Assembly: GCA_965221125.1 (NCBI GenBank)
Contig: CBDCRW010000004.1
Span: forward strand, 64,001 to 128,000
Length of the DNA stretch: 64,000 bases
DNA from: Alphaproteobacteria bacterium
GTDB taxonomy: Bacteria; Pseudomonadota; Alphaproteobacteria; UBA828
Direction of reading: 5' to 3'
Below the pieces are notes generated by a model. That model worked only from the letters and a program-made list of their open reading frames with translations. It was not told where the DNA came from and did not search any database. The translations under genes and the position numbers were made by a program. Positions 29,301 through 39,131 of this stretch are shown piece after piece (the first letter of the stretch is position 1; every line of letters begins with the position of its first letter).

Positions 29301-29546
29301 CTATCGCTCTTGCTGGGCGATGTCCCCGTCGCCTGTGTTCACCGCCTCGTCTGCCGCAGCGGTGGCACCGTCGGCCGCGTCCACCGAACCCTCCTCGGCG
29401 GCGTCGCCCTCGGCCGTCTGGCCGGCCTTCTCCTGCCGTCTGAGCTCGGCCCGCTCGGCCTTCAGTTTGGCGCGGGCGGCCTTTCTGGCGGCCTTGTTGC
29501 GCTCACGTTCGAGGCGAGCGAAGCGATAGTTGGGCTTGCGTGCCAT
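29301..29546 (-). CDS. Small hypothetical protein (basic N-terminus, acidic tail)
   Basis: MARKPNYRFARLERERNKAARK; co-oriented downstream of the cold-shock gene. Confidence 0.65.
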   Translation of the reverse strand: MARKPNYRFARLERERNKAARKAARAKLKAERAELRRQEKAGQTAEGDAAEEGSVDAADGATAAADEAVNTGDGDIAQQER

Positions 29547-29692
29547 TCGAATCCTTCCGGCGTGGCGGCGGTGCACGCAGGGCGCACCCGCCCGCCGGCG
29601 CGGCGAGGGCTACCCCGTCGCGCCCGTGCGGGCGGCGCCGCACCGCCGGCAGCGGTCGCCGCCGGCGGTTTGTGGGGGAGGTCTGCCGGGGC

Positions 29693-29902
29693 TCAGTCGA
29701 GAACGACCAGATTCTCTGCCGACGCTCTGCCGTCGCGGCCCGGTGTCAGCTCGTACTCGACCTTCTGGCCTTCGCGCAGGTTGGTGAGCCCCGCCCTCTC
29801 GACAGCGGAAATGTGGACGAATGCATCCTTGGACCCGTCGCTCGGCTGAATGAACCCGTAACCTTTGACCGAGTTGAACCACTTCACCGTTCCAGTCGCC
29901 AT
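29693..29902 (-). CDS. cspA: Cold-shock protein
   Basis: MATGTVKWFNSVKGYGFIQP...DAFVHISA (RNP1/RNP2); AAGGAG SD. Confidence 0.96.
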   Translation of the reverse strand: MATGTVKWFNSVKGYGFIQPSDGSKDAFVHISAVERAGLTNLREGQKVEYELTPGRDGRASAENLVVLD

Positions 29903-30114
29903 GACTACTCCTTTCGCAAAGTTGTACGCCCGCGCCACGATTTGCGGCGTCGCGGGATCTCGGGGCGCAGCGTGTCTCTAGAGTAGCTCGGCCCGGCTGG
30001 AGCCAGTCAGCGAAGATACATCAAGGTCACGTGCAACCGACCGGCCCCTTGTTGGGCCATTGTCGCCCGTATTGCAAGGAGTTTCGCGCGCAGGGATTCG
30101 CGCCGGCAAGCCTG

Positions 30115-31782
30115 TCAGCCGCCCTTGGGCAGGAACTTGAACGCCCATTTGACCGTGATCGCGTCCTCGATCGGGCCCGTCAGCGCGATCTGGGAGGTGC
30201 GCCGCTGCCTCGCGCCGTCGCCGGCGTAGACGCTCTCGTCGATGCTCATGGAAGCGCCGGCGGCGCGCATCTGCCACATCGCGCCGCTGGGGAGCCGCAG
30301 CAGCGCCGCGCGCCGGTCCTCGGTCATCGCGCAGCGCACGTCGGGGTGCAGGTGGAAGCGCACCGCGAACTCGCGCCCGCGCCGCCGCCGCGTTCTCACG
30401 TGCGTAAGCGAATCCTCACCGCGCACGTCGCTGCCTGCGGCGCCCACGTAGAGCCTGCGCTTGTGAAGCAGGCCGAGGCCGTCGAGGTAGCCGTCGTGGC
30501 TGGCGTCGATCCAGGTCGCGCCGTCCCGCTCGCGCCGCTCGACCTTCACGGCGTTGGGGCCGTCGGCAATCGTGCCGTCCGAGCCGAGGGTCGCGCTGTT
30601 GGTGTCGTCGACGACGAGCGTGCTGTGGGCCGCCGTGGCGCGCAGCGCATCCAGCCACCCGTCGTCGCTGCCGCGCCAGCCGCCGCAATTGACGACGAGG
30701 CGCTCGCGCCCGGCGCTCAGCTCCAGGCTCAACGTGCCGGCATGCGCCCAGCGCCCGGCGGCCGCCGGCGCGCCGGTATCCGCGATCAGCGTGGTGTGCC
30801 TGCTCTCGATTCGCGAGAAGCCGGTGTCGGGCGTCTCGTGCGGGGCGCTGGTGTCGCTCGCCGCCGCCCGGCTGAGCGCGAGATCGATGAGGCCTCGCTC
30901 TTCCTCGACCCCGCCGTTGAACAAGGCGAGCCCGCCGTCGCCGTGGCGGAACAGCTGGAGCGCCGACGCGATCCGGCCAATCCCCTCCGAGAGCGCCGGA
31001 GACGCCGGGTGTCCGCCTTCCTCCAGCGTCGCGCTCAGCCCGGCGAGGCACCAGAGCGCCGCGAGGTGCGTCGACGGGTTTCGCCCCAGCCGGTTGCCGT
31101 TGCCGGCCTCCTGCTTCGCCAGCGCCGCCTCGACGAGCTTGAGGCCCTGGGCGATGCGCCGCTCGCCGTCCGCGAGGCAGAGCCCGCTCTCGATCAAGCC
31201 CCTGGCGGCGATCAGCCGCGGCAGCCCTTCGCCCGCGTTGCGCGCAGTTCGCGTGAGGTGGCTGGCCTGCAGCTCGAGCCCCTTGTGGAAGCGCCGGGCG
31301 AACGCGTCGTCCGCGCCCTGCAGCAGAAACGCGCTGTGGGCGAGCCAGGCCGAGAGGCGCCGCCCGAGGGCCTCGGGCCCCCAGGCCGCGGCCACGGCGT
31401 TCTCGGTTGTCCGGTGGCGGCGCAGCCAGTCGAGCACCATGGCGCGGCCGCGCTCCGCCGCATCGCCCGTGCCGGCCGCACGCAAGTCCCGCAGCCAGGC
31501 AAAGCCCTGGAGCTCGGCGAGCCAGTATTCGCCGGCGCCCTTGTGCCGCCAGGGCGTCTCGCCCTGCTCGCCGACGTCGCCGGCGCGAACGACCTGCCCG
31601 CCGAAGTCGTAGACGCCTGCGGCCAGCGCCTCGCCGCGCCCGGCGACGCCCGGTATCAGGTCGGGCGGCCGGTGCAGGAGTTCCGGTATTTCCTCGGGCG
31701 TGCGCCGTGCGGAGACGCGGCGGCGCACGCGCCGCAGGGCACCGAGAAAGCCTCCCGGGGCCTGCTCGTCCCTTGCGCCCAT
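30115..31782 (-). CDS. Heparinase II/III-like protein
   Basis: RHGDGGLALFNG, AHAGTLSLELS, LVVNCG, LRATAAHSTL, ASHDGY, RFHLHP; usual alphaproteobacterial neighbour of rpe/rsmB. Confidence 0.88.
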   Translation of the reverse strand: MGARDEQAPGGFLGALRRVRRRVSARRTPEEIPELLHRPPDLIPGVAGRGEALAAGVYDFGGQVVRAGDVGEQGETPWRHKGAGEYWLAELQGFAWLRDLRAAGTGDAAERGRAMVLDWLRRHRTTENAVAAAWGPEALGRRLSAWLAHSAFLLQGADDAFARRFHKGLELQASHLTRTARNAGEGLPRLIAARGLIESGLCLADGERRIAQGLKLVEAALAKQEAGNGNRLGRNPSTHLAALWCLAGLSATLEEGGHPASPALSEGIGRIASALQLFRHGDGGLALFNGGVEEERGLIDLALSRAAASDTSAPHETPDTGFSRIESRHTTLIADTGAPAAAGRWAHAGTLSLELSAGRERLVVNCGGWRGSDDGWLDALRATAAHSTLVVDDTNSATLGSDGTIADGPNAVKVERRERDGATWIDASHDGYLDGLGLLHKRRLYVGAAGSDVRGEDSLTHVRTRRRRGREFAVRFHLHPDVRCAMTEDRRAALLRLPSGAMWQMRAAGASMSIDESVYAGDGARQRRTSQIALTGPIEDAITVKWAFKFLPKGG

Positions 31783-31796
31783 GAAACCGGGTGAGG

Positions 31797-32528
31797 CTAG
31801 GAGACCGCTGCGCCGACTGCGCGCGGCCTTGCGTGGTCGTCGAGCGAGGCCGTGCGCCCCGCCTCACCCGCTGCTCTCAGTCGCGCGATGTTGCCAGGAT
31901 ACGCGGACCGGCTGCCCGCGAAGCTCGCGGAGCCCGCGATCAGCACGTCGGCGCCTGCTGCGCAGGCCGGGCCCGCCGTCTGCTCGTCGATGCCGCCATC
32001 GACCGAGAGGTCGACCGTCCGCCCGCTCGCGTCGATGAGCGCCCTCAGCGCTTCGATCTTGCCGAGCTGGCTTTCTATGAACGTCTGACCGCCGAAGCCG
32101 GGATTGACGCTCATCACCAGCACGAGATCGATGTCGCCCAGAACCTGCTCGACGGCGCTGATCGGCGTCGCCGGGTTGAGCGCGACTCCCGCCCGCTTGC
32201 CCGTGTCCTTGATGCGCTGGAGCGTCCTGTGCAGGTGCGCGCCCGCCTCGGCGTGAACGGTGATGCAATCGGCACCGGCCTCGGCGAACGGCTCGATATA
32301 GGGATCAGGCGGCGTGACCATCAGATGGACGTCGAAGGGCCGCGCGCTGTGCGGCCTGAGCGCCGCTACCACGCCCGCGCCCATGGTGAGGTTCGGCACG
32401 AAGTGGCCGTCCATCACGTCGACGTGCAGCCAGTCGGCGCCGGCATCGGAGATCGCTCGCACCTCCTCGCCCAGGCGGGAGAAATCGGCCGCCAGGACGG
32501 ACGCCGCGATCCGAAGCTCCTGCTGCAT
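31797..32528 (-). CDS. rpe: Ribulose-phosphate 3-epimerase
   Basis: HVDVMDGHFVPNLT, DVHLM, VMSVNPGFGGQ, VDGG. Confidence 0.97.
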   Translation of the reverse strand: MQQELRIAASVLAADFSRLGEEVRAISDAGADWLHVDVMDGHFVPNLTMGAGVVAALRPHSARPFDVHLMVTPPDPYIEPFAEAGADCITVHAEAGAHLHRTLQRIKDTGKRAGVALNPATPISAVEQVLGDIDLVLVMSVNPGFGGQTFIESQLGKIEALRALIDASGRTVDLSVDGGIDEQTAGPACAAGADVLIAGSASFAGSRSAYPGNIARLRAAGEAGRTASLDDHARPRAVGAAVS

Positions 32529-32547
32529 GGCCGGGTCTGGTACCAGC

Positions 32548-33861
32548 TTAGCCAAGGTGCCGCAAGCGTGCGGCGAAGAAGCCGTCCATCCCGCCCTCGT
32601 CCGCCCAGTGGCAGGGGAGCGTGCGGAGATCGCCGGCCGCCGTGACGGCCTCGCCAATGCCGGCAAGCTCGTCCGGCCGCACCGGCAGGCGCGCGAACCC
32701 CGGCGACGCCGCGAGAAATGCGTCCACCTGGCGTTCGCATTCCTCCGGCTGGAGCGAGCAGCTCGCGTAGACCAGGAGCCCCCCCGGCGCCACCATGGCG
32801 GCGGCGCGGGCCAGCAGCCGGCTCTGCGACGCGGCGAGGCGGGCCACGTCGGCCGGGCCGCGGCCGTGCGGAATATCGGGGTGGCGGCGGATGGTCCCGG
32901 TCGCCGAACACGGCGCGTCGAGCAGAACCGCGTCGGCAGGCGCCGGCGGGCGCCAGTCCAGCGCATCGGCCTCGACGATCTCGGCTTCCAGCGCGAGCCG
33001 CGCGAGGTTCTCCCTGAGCCGGGCGAGGCGGGGGGCGGAGCGGTCGAGGGCGGTCACGTGTGCGCCGGCGGCCGCGAGCTGAGCGGTCTTGCCGCCGGGC
33101 GCTGCGCCGATCTCCAGCACCTGCTTGCCCGCGACCGGGCCGAGCAGGCGAGCCGGCAGCGCCGCCGCCGCATCCTGTACCCACCACGTGCCTGCCTCGT
33201 AGCCTGGGAGCCGCGTCACGTCGCCGGCACCGCGCAACCGCAGGGTGCCGCCGGTCAGGCGTTGCGCCCCGAGGGCAGCGCAGAGAGCGTCCGCCGGGCC
33301 CGGCGCGTCGGAGGCCAGCGAGAGGTCGAGCGGGGGCTCGCCCAGGTGGGCCTCGGCGATGGCCCGGCAGCGCGCCGCGCCGTAAGCCTGCGTCCAGCTT
33401 TGCCAGAGCCAGTCGGGGGTGTTGAGGCGGGCCGCATCGAGGCCGGCGATCGCGCCGTGCTCGCGGCTTGCCCGGCGCAGCACGGCGTTGACGAGCCCGC
33501 GGTAGGGCGCGAGCCTGGAGCCTTGCGCGAGCGCCACGGTGCTCGCCACCGCCGCGTGCGGCGCCGTTTCGAGGAAGGCCAGCTGGGCGAGCCCAAGCCT
33601 GAGCAGGTCCTGCACCGCGCCCCGCCGTGCCGGCAGCGGCCGTTCCATGAGCCCGGCCAGAAAGGCGTCGATCTGGCCGAGGCGGCGAAGCGTCGTCAGC
33701 AACAGCAGGCGCGCGAAGGCGGCGTCGCGCGAGGAGAGGGTGTTCAGTCCCGATGACGAGCCGAGCGCTTGGTCGAGGGTACGGCCCCGGCGCAGGATCG
33801 CGCCGAGCGCCTGGGCCGCGACCGCGCGTGCGCCCTGCGGCGGGCTACTGGTCGACGACAA
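32548..33861 (-). CDS. rsmB: 16S rRNA m5C methyltransferase RsmB/Sun with NusB-like N-terminal domain
   Basis: VQDAAA, GAAPGGKT, LLDAPCSATGTIRRHPD, YASCSL, DGFFAARL; start uncertain. Confidence 0.9.
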   Translation of the reverse strand: MSSTSSPPQGARAVAAQALGAILRRGRTLDQALGSSSGLNTLSSRDAAFARLLLLTTLRRLGQIDAFLAGLMERPLPARRGAVQDLLRLGLAQLAFLETAPHAAVASTVALAQGSRLAPYRGLVNAVLRRASREHGAIAGLDAARLNTPDWLWQSWTQAYGAARCRAIAEAHLGEPPLDLSLASDAPGPADALCAALGAQRLTGGTLRLRGAGDVTRLPGYEAGTWWVQDAAAALPARLLGPVAGKQVLEIGAAPGGKTAQLAAAGAHVTALDRSAPRLARLRENLARLALEAEIVEADALDWRPPAPADAVLLDAPCSATGTIRRHPDIPHGRGPADVARLAASQSRLLARAAAMVAPGGLLVYASCSLQPEECERQVDAFLAASPGFARLPVRPDELAGIGEAVTAAGDLRTLPCHWADEGGMDGFFAARLRHLG

Positions 33862-35020
33862 AGCCGTCGCGGTGGGGGCGCATGGTGACCGGGCGCTGGA
33901 TCGGCGGCCGGCGCGCCGCCGCGTCCGGTGTGATCGCCACGCCGAGGCCCGGCACGTCCGGGATGGCGACGAAGCCGTCCTCCATGGGCGGCACGCCCGT
34001 CACCACGTCCGAGCCGAGGAGCGCGAGGCTCGTCTCCATCTTCAGCGCCTCGAATCCGGTCGTGTACTCCTGGATCGCGAAGTTGGGGATCGCGGCGGCG
34101 AGGTGCAGGCAGGCAGCGAGACCCAAGGGCGAAAGCGGGTTGTGCGGCGCCACCATGACGTGATGGGCCTCGGCCATCGCGGCCACCTTGCGCGCACCCG
34201 TGATGCCGCCGCAGAGCGCCACGTCGACGCGCGCGAAGCCTGCGCCGTTGCGCGCGAAGAGGGCGCGGAAATCGTGCAGCGAGGCGTAGCGCTCGCCGGT
34301 CGCGATGGGCGCGTGCACGCGTCTCGCGACCTCGGCCATGGCGTCCGGGTTCTCCGGCCGGATCGGGTCCTCGCACCAGTAGGGCAGGTACTGCTCGATG
34401 CGCGGGATGAAGTCGATGGCCTCGGCAGGCGTGAGCCTGCGGTGCATCTCCAGCAGCATGTCGACCTCGGGGCCGAGCGCTTCGCGCACCCGGCGCACGG
34501 TGTCTGCCCCGCGGCCCATGTGAGCCACGTGGGGGGCGAAGAAGGGCTCGTCCTCGCGCTCGTCGAGGAAGGGGTTGATGTGGCCCACCGCGTTGAAGCC
34601 CGCCTCCTTCAGCGCGACGCAGTTCTCGACCAGCTCGTCGGTGGTCTTGCCGTAGGCGTGGCCGTAGACGCGTGCATGGGTCCGGCACGGCCCGCCGAGG
34701 AGGGAGTGGACCGGCACGCCCAGCGCCTTGCCCTTGATGTCCCAGAGCGCGATGTCGATGGCCGCGATGGCGCCGTTGATCGCGCCGCCCTGGAAGTGGC
34801 TGAAGCGGTGCATGAGGTTCCAGTGGCGCTCGATGGGCCCCGGGTCCTCGCCCACGAGATGGCCGGCGAAGGTCTCGATGGCCGCGCGCGAGGCTGAGAG
34901 ATGCCCCCAGGTGCCGGATTCGCCGAGCCCGGTGACGCCGGCATCCGTCTCGATCTCCACGAAGAGGAACTGGCCGATGGAGACCGGCGTGACTGCGGTG
35001 ATCTTCATGGGCGCTCCCAT
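33845..35020 (-). CDS. Mandelate racemase/galactonate dehydratase-like enolase-superfamily enzyme
   Basis: ETDAGVTGLGE, IDIALWDIKGKALG, metal ligands E/E/E (LLEMH, WCEDP, TGER), APHNP, PGLGV. Confidence 0.9.
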   Translation of the reverse strand: MGAPMKITAVTPVSIGQFLFVEIETDAGVTGLGESGTWGHLSASRAAIETFAGHLVGEDPGPIERHWNLMHRFSHFQGGAINGAIAAIDIALWDIKGKALGVPVHSLLGGPCRTHARVYGHAYGKTTDELVENCVALKEAGFNAVGHINPFLDEREDEPFFAPHVAHMGRGADTVRRVREALGPEVDMLLEMHRRLTPAEAIDFIPRIEQYLPYWCEDPIRPENPDAMAEVARRVHAPIATGERYASLHDFRALFARNGAGFARVDVALCGGITGARKVAAMAEAHHVMVAPHNPLSPLGLAACLHLAAAIPNFAIQEYTTGFEALKMETSLALLGSDVVTGVPPMEDGFVAIPDVPGLGVAITPDAAARRPPIQRPVTMRPHRDGFVVDQ

Positions 35021-35027
35021 CGCGGGG

Positions 35028-36197
35028 CTACTCCGCCGGCTCCAGCCGGAGCAGCATGCCGTCGGGGTGGTCGGTCAACAGGTAGATGAGGCCGTCCGGC
35101 CCCTGGCGCACGTCGCGGAAGCGCTCCTCCAGGTCTTCGAGCATGCGCTCCTCCACCACGGCCCTGCCGCCCGCGACCTCGAGCCGCACCAGCAGCTCGC
35201 CCGAGAGCGCGCCGGCAAAAAAACTCCCCCGCCAGGCGGGGAAGCGGTCTCCGTCGTAGATCGTCAGCCCCGACGGCGAGATCGACGGCACCCAGTAGTG
35301 CACGGGCTGGGCCATCCCCTCCTTGTGCGTCCCCTCGCCGATCTTGAAGCCCATGTAGCTCTTGCCGTAGGTGATGACGGGCCAGCCGTAGTTCACGCCC
35401 GGCTCGATCAGGTTCAGCTCGTCGCCCCCCTTGGGCCCGTGCTCGATGGCGTAGATCCGCCCCGTCGCCGCCTCCAGCGCCATGCCCTGCGGGTTGCGGT
35501 GGCCGATGGAATAGAGCTCGGGCCGCGCGCCCGCGGTGCCCACGAAGGGGTTGTCCGCCGGCACGCTGCCGTCGTCGTGGAGGCGGATGACGCTGCCGGC
35601 CGGGTCGCCCAGGTCCTGCGCGCGATCGGTGTCGCCCCGCTCGCCGGCGGTGACGAAGAGGTAGCCGTCGGCGAACACGAGGCGCGAGCCGAAGTGGCGG
35701 CCGCCGTCGTCGCGTGGCAGGGCGACGTAGATCTCCTCGACGTCTTCGAGCCGGTCGCCTGCGAGCCGGCCGCGGGCGACTGCGGTCGCCGCGTCGTCGC
35801 CGTCGGCGCTCGGGCTCGCGTAGGAGAGGTAGACTAGGCCGTTCTGCGCGAAGTCGGGGTGCAGCGCCACGTCGAGCAGCCCGCCCTGGCCGTCCGCCCA
35901 CACCGCAGGCACGCCCGCGACCGGCTCGGGCACGAGCCAGCCTTCGGCGACGATGCGGAGCCTGCCGGGGCGCTCGGTCACCAGCATCCGCCCGTCGGGC
36001 AGGAAGGCGAGGCCCCAAGGGTGCTCCAGCCCGTCCGTCACCTTGACCAAGTGGAAGCGCTCCTTGTCGCTCTCGTAGGTGCCGAGCCGTTCGGCCGCGG
36101 CGAGCGGCGGAGCCACGCCCAGGATAACCGCGGCCATCGCGAGCACCGCCCATGCGGCGCCTGTGCGTCGTGCCCCTTTACCGCGCGTCTTGGTCAT
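35028..36197 (-). CDS. PQQ-dependent soluble aldose sugar dehydrogenase (YliI/GSDH family)
   Basis: GLEHPWGLAFLPDG, GQGGLLDV, HFGSRL, GHRNPQG, EHGPKGGDELN, NYGWP; signal peptide. Confidence 0.93.
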   Translation of the reverse strand: MTKTRGKGARRTGAAWAVLAMAAVILGVAPPLAAAERLGTYESDKERFHLVKVTDGLEHPWGLAFLPDGRMLVTERPGRLRIVAEGWLVPEPVAGVPAVWADGQGGLLDVALHPDFAQNGLVYLSYASPSADGDDAATAVARGRLAGDRLEDVEEIYVALPRDDGGRHFGSRLVFADGYLFVTAGERGDTDRAQDLGDPAGSVIRLHDDGSVPADNPFVGTAGARPELYSIGHRNPQGMALEAATGRIYAIEHGPKGGDELNLIEPGVNYGWPVITYGKSYMGFKIGEGTHKEGMAQPVHYWVPSISPSGLTIYDGDRFPAWRGSFFAGALSGELLVRLEVAGGRAVVEERMLEDLEERFRDVRQGPDGLIYLLTDHPDGMLLRLEPAE

Positions 36198-36337
36198 CGC
36201 CTGCCCTCATCGCCGGTGCGTGGAACCTATCACCGCGCGGCGCGGGCGTGCCAGTGGCCGCGCCGGTCGCGGGGTTGCGGCAACGGGCGGCTTGGGCCAC
36301 CGTGCCCTCCCCGGACCACGCGACAGGATTGCGCGCC

Positions 36338-36913
36338 ATGACACGGCAGCTCAGCCCCGCCCTGCTGCAACGGGACCGTTCGGCCCTCGTCGTCATCGAC
36401 ATGCAGGAGCGCCTCATGCCCGCCATCGCCGAGGCGGACGCGGTGACCCGCGCGGCCGGCATCCTGATCGAGGCGTCGCGGCAGCTCGACGTGCCCGTGG
36501 TCGTCACCGAGCAGTACCGCAAGGGCCTCGGCCCCACCGTCGATGCCATCGCAAGCCGCCTCCCCAACGGCGCGCCGGTGGTGGACAAGATGACCTTCAG
36601 CGCGGCGCGCAACTTCGATTTCGCGTCGCAGATCGACGGTTTCAAGGCCGCGGGGCGCGATCACATCGTGATCTGCGGGGTCGAGAGTCACGTCTGCGTG
36701 ATGCAGACGGCCGCCGACCTCGACGCGCAAGGCTGCACCGTTCACATCGTGGCCGACGCCTGCAGCTCGCGCGCGCCCGCCAGCAAGGAGGCCGCACTGG
36801 CCCGCTTCGGGACCTTGGGGATCTCCCGCGTGACCACCGAGATGGTGGTGTTCGAATGGCTGGAGGCGGCCGGCACGCCGGAATTCAAGGCCGTCTCCCG
36901 CCTCGTCAAGTAG
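36338..36913 (+). CDS. Isochorismatase-family cysteine hydrolase
   Basis: VVIDMQERL, TEQY.KGLG.T, DKMTFS, GVESHVCV. Confidence 0.92.
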   Translation: MTRQLSPALLQRDRSALVVIDMQERLMPAIAEADAVTRAAGILIEASRQLDVPVVVTEQYRKGLGPTVDAIASRLPNGAPVVDKMTFSAARNFDFASQIDGFKAAGRDHIVICGVESHVCVMQTAADLDAQGCTVHIVADACSSRAPASKEAALARFGTLGISRVTTEMVVFEWLEAAGTPEFKAVSRLVK

Positions 36914-36967
36914 CCCCGCCACAATGGCCGCCCGCTCGTTTCGCGTCCCGCCAGCAGGGGGCGGATC

Positions 36968-37525
36968 GTGCTGACGCGCCGCACCGTGCTCGGCGCGGCC
37001 GCGGCAGTGGTTCTGCTTGGCAGTGCCGCGCCCCGCGCGACGGCGACGCAGACCATCCTGATCGGCGGCGGCACGGCGGACGGTGTCGAGACTCTGGCGG
37101 CCCGCCAGATCTGCGCGCTGGTGGACGAGCACGCCGGCCACAAGTACGGCTGCATCCCCCGCACGGCGCCGGGGTCGGCCTTCAACCTCCGCGCCATCGA
37201 GGTCGGCCTGATGGAATTCGGCTTCGTGCAATCGGAAGCGGCGCGCGAGGCCGTTGCCGGGTCGGGCGCGTGGACGGGCGAGCCGCTGGTGAGCCTGCAG
37301 AGCGCCTTCGGCCTGCAGCCCGAGAAGGCGCTGCTGGTGACCGGCGCGGGAATCGCCGACGATCTCGTCTACGACGTGGTGCGGACCGTCTTCGAGAACC
37401 TGGGCGTCCTCAGGAACGCCCATCCGGCGCTCGGCGGGCTCCAGCCTGCGGCGATGCTGCAGGGCCTGCCCGCGCCCATCCACCCCGGTGCCGCGCGCTA
37501 CTACGGCGAGCAGGGATGGCTGTGA
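36968..37525 (+). CDS. TAXI-family TRAP solute-binding protein, internally shortened (single lobe)
   Basis: GSAFNLRAI..G.MEFGFVQSE (N-terminal) and DDLVYDVVRTVFEN...HPAL...PIHPGAARYY (C-terminal) in only 185 aa; TRR Tat-like signal. Confidence 0.78.
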   Translation: MLTRRTVLGAAAAVVLLGSAAPRATATQTILIGGGTADGVETLAARQICALVDEHAGHKYGCIPRTAPGSAFNLRAIEVGLMEFGFVQSEAAREAVAGSGAWTGEPLVSLQSAFGLQPEKALLVTGAGIADDLVYDVVRTVFENLGVLRNAHPALGGLQPAAMLQGLPAPIHPGAARYYGEQGWL

Positions 37526-37559
37526 GGGCAGGCATGACGATGGTTCGGGCTCGCTGACC

Positions 37560-38339
37560 ATGCGCCTCCTCTCCCGGCAGCGCGAGCCGACCATCCGCCG
37601 CTCCGACTGGGCGCCGGCGCCCGCGCGCGCGCCCGAGGGCGAGCGCATCTACGCCATCGGCGACATCCACGGCTGCCTCGACCTGCTCAAGATGCTGGTC
37701 GCAGCGATCGAGGAGGAGCAGCGCCTTCTGCCGCCCGCGCGGCCGACCCTTGTGTTTCTCGGCGACTACGTGGACCGGGGGCCGGACTCGTTCAGCGTCA
37801 TCGACTGGCTGTGCCAGCGCCCGCTGCCCGAGTTCGAGCGGGTGCACCTGCGCGGCAACCACGAAGAGTGGTTCGAGAATTTTCTTGCCGACATCTCGGT
37901 CGGGCCGAGCTGGCTCTACTGCGGCGGCGTGGCGACGCTGGCGAGCTACGGCATCCGCGCCGCTCTCGGCGAGGACGACCCCATGCGGCTCCGGGCGATG
38001 CAGGCGGACCTCGCGGCGGCGCTGCCCGCCCCGCACCGCCGCTTCCTCCGCGCGCTCGACCACTACCACGAGAGCGGCGGCTATCTCTTCGTCCATGCCG
38101 GCGTCAGGCCCGGCGTGCCGCTCGCCCAGCAGTCGCCCGACGACCTGATCTGGATCCGCGACGCCTTCCTGCACACGACCGCCGACCACGGCCACGTCGT
38201 CGTGCACGGCCACACCATCGTCAACGAGGCGCAGGTCTGCCCCAACCGCATCGGCATCGACACCGGCGCCTTCGCCACCAACGTGCTCACCTGCCTCGTG
38301 CTGGAGGCAGACCGCTACCGCTTGATTCAGACTGGGTGA
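37560..38339 (+). CDS. Calcineurin-like metallophosphoesterase (PrpA/PP1-like)
   Basis: AIGDIHG, LGDYVDRG, LRGNHE, FVHAG, VHGHT, GIDTGA. Confidence 0.93.
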   Translation: MRLLSRQREPTIRRSDWAPAPARAPEGERIYAIGDIHGCLDLLKMLVAAIEEEQRLLPPARPTLVFLGDYVDRGPDSFSVIDWLCQRPLPEFERVHLRGNHEEWFENFLADISVGPSWLYCGGVATLASYGIRAALGEDDPMRLRAMQADLAAALPAPHRRFLRALDHYHESGGYLFVHAGVRPGVPLAQQSPDDLIWIRDAFLHTTADHGHVVVHGHTIVNEAQVCPNRIGIDTGAFATNVLTCLVLEADRYRLIQTG

Positions 38340-38374
38340 GGGCTGTGCGGCAGGCCGGGCCGCGGCACGCGGGC

Positions 38375-38941
38375 CTATTCGGTCGGCAGGTCCGCCGGCT
38401 CCGCGCTGAGGGTGCGGAGGTAGACGAGCACGTTGCCACGGTCGCCGTCCTTGGAGACCCCCTTGAACGCCATCTTGGTGCCCGGCACGTTGCCCTTGGG
38501 ATCGGCGATGAAGGCGTTCAGGCGCTCGAAGTCCCACTCGCCCTCCAGCGCCGCCATGGCGTCGGAGAAGGCGAAGCCCTCGTGGCTCGCGATCGGCCGG
38601 TTCACGATGTTCCAGAGATTGGGGCCGACCTTGTTCTTGCCGCCTTCGTCCACGGTGTGGCAGGCGGCGCATTTCTTGAACACCTTCTGCCCCTTGGCGA
38701 CATCGGCGTCGTCCAGCAGCGCGGCGAGCGACATGGCCGGCATCTCGGGCTCGTCGGCCACTGCCTCGTCGTGCATGGCGTCGTCCTGCTCGAGGCCGGC
38801 GACCACGTAGTGGACGACACGCTCGTGGTGGCTGTGCTCGAGTTTGCCGAAGGCCGCAAGCGAAATGAGCCACGCCGTCATCGCGGTCAAGCCCGCAAAG
38901 AGGATCGCGCCGAAGACCTTGTTCAGCTCGTAGGTGTTCAT
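38375..38941 (-). CDS. cycM: Membrane-anchored cytochrome c (CycM-like)
   Basis: N-terminal TM, CAACH, KVGPNL, PGTKMAF; divergent from kdsB. Confidence 0.88.
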   Translation of the reverse strand: MNTYELNKVFGAILFAGLTAMTAWLISLAAFGKLEHSHHERVVHYVVAGLEQDDAMHDEAVADEPEMPAMSLAALLDDADVAKGQKVFKKCAACHTVDEGGKNKVGPNLWNIVNRPIASHEGFAFSDAMAALEGEWDFERLNAFIADPKGNVPGTKMAFKGVSKDGDRGNVLVYLRTLSAEPADLPTE

Positions 38942-39131
38942 GCCGCCCGCTGGAGTGGGTGGAACCGGATCGTCGGGAGCCGACAGGGCGCGAGATTAGC
39001 CGCTTCATCCGGCCATGTCCAACCATCGTCGGCCCCGTTCACGATCCTCCTCGACAAGCGCGGCGCGGCGGCTTATCTGGCTCAGCAATGAGGAAGAGTC
39101 GCAGCATCTCCATGCGGGCGAGGGCGCGCCG

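Noticed and set aside
30115-31782. Heparinase II/III-like gene as a host-glycan degradation signal
   Set aside because: It is a widespread housekeeping neighbour of rsmB/rpe, with no signal peptide or glycan-utilisation context here.
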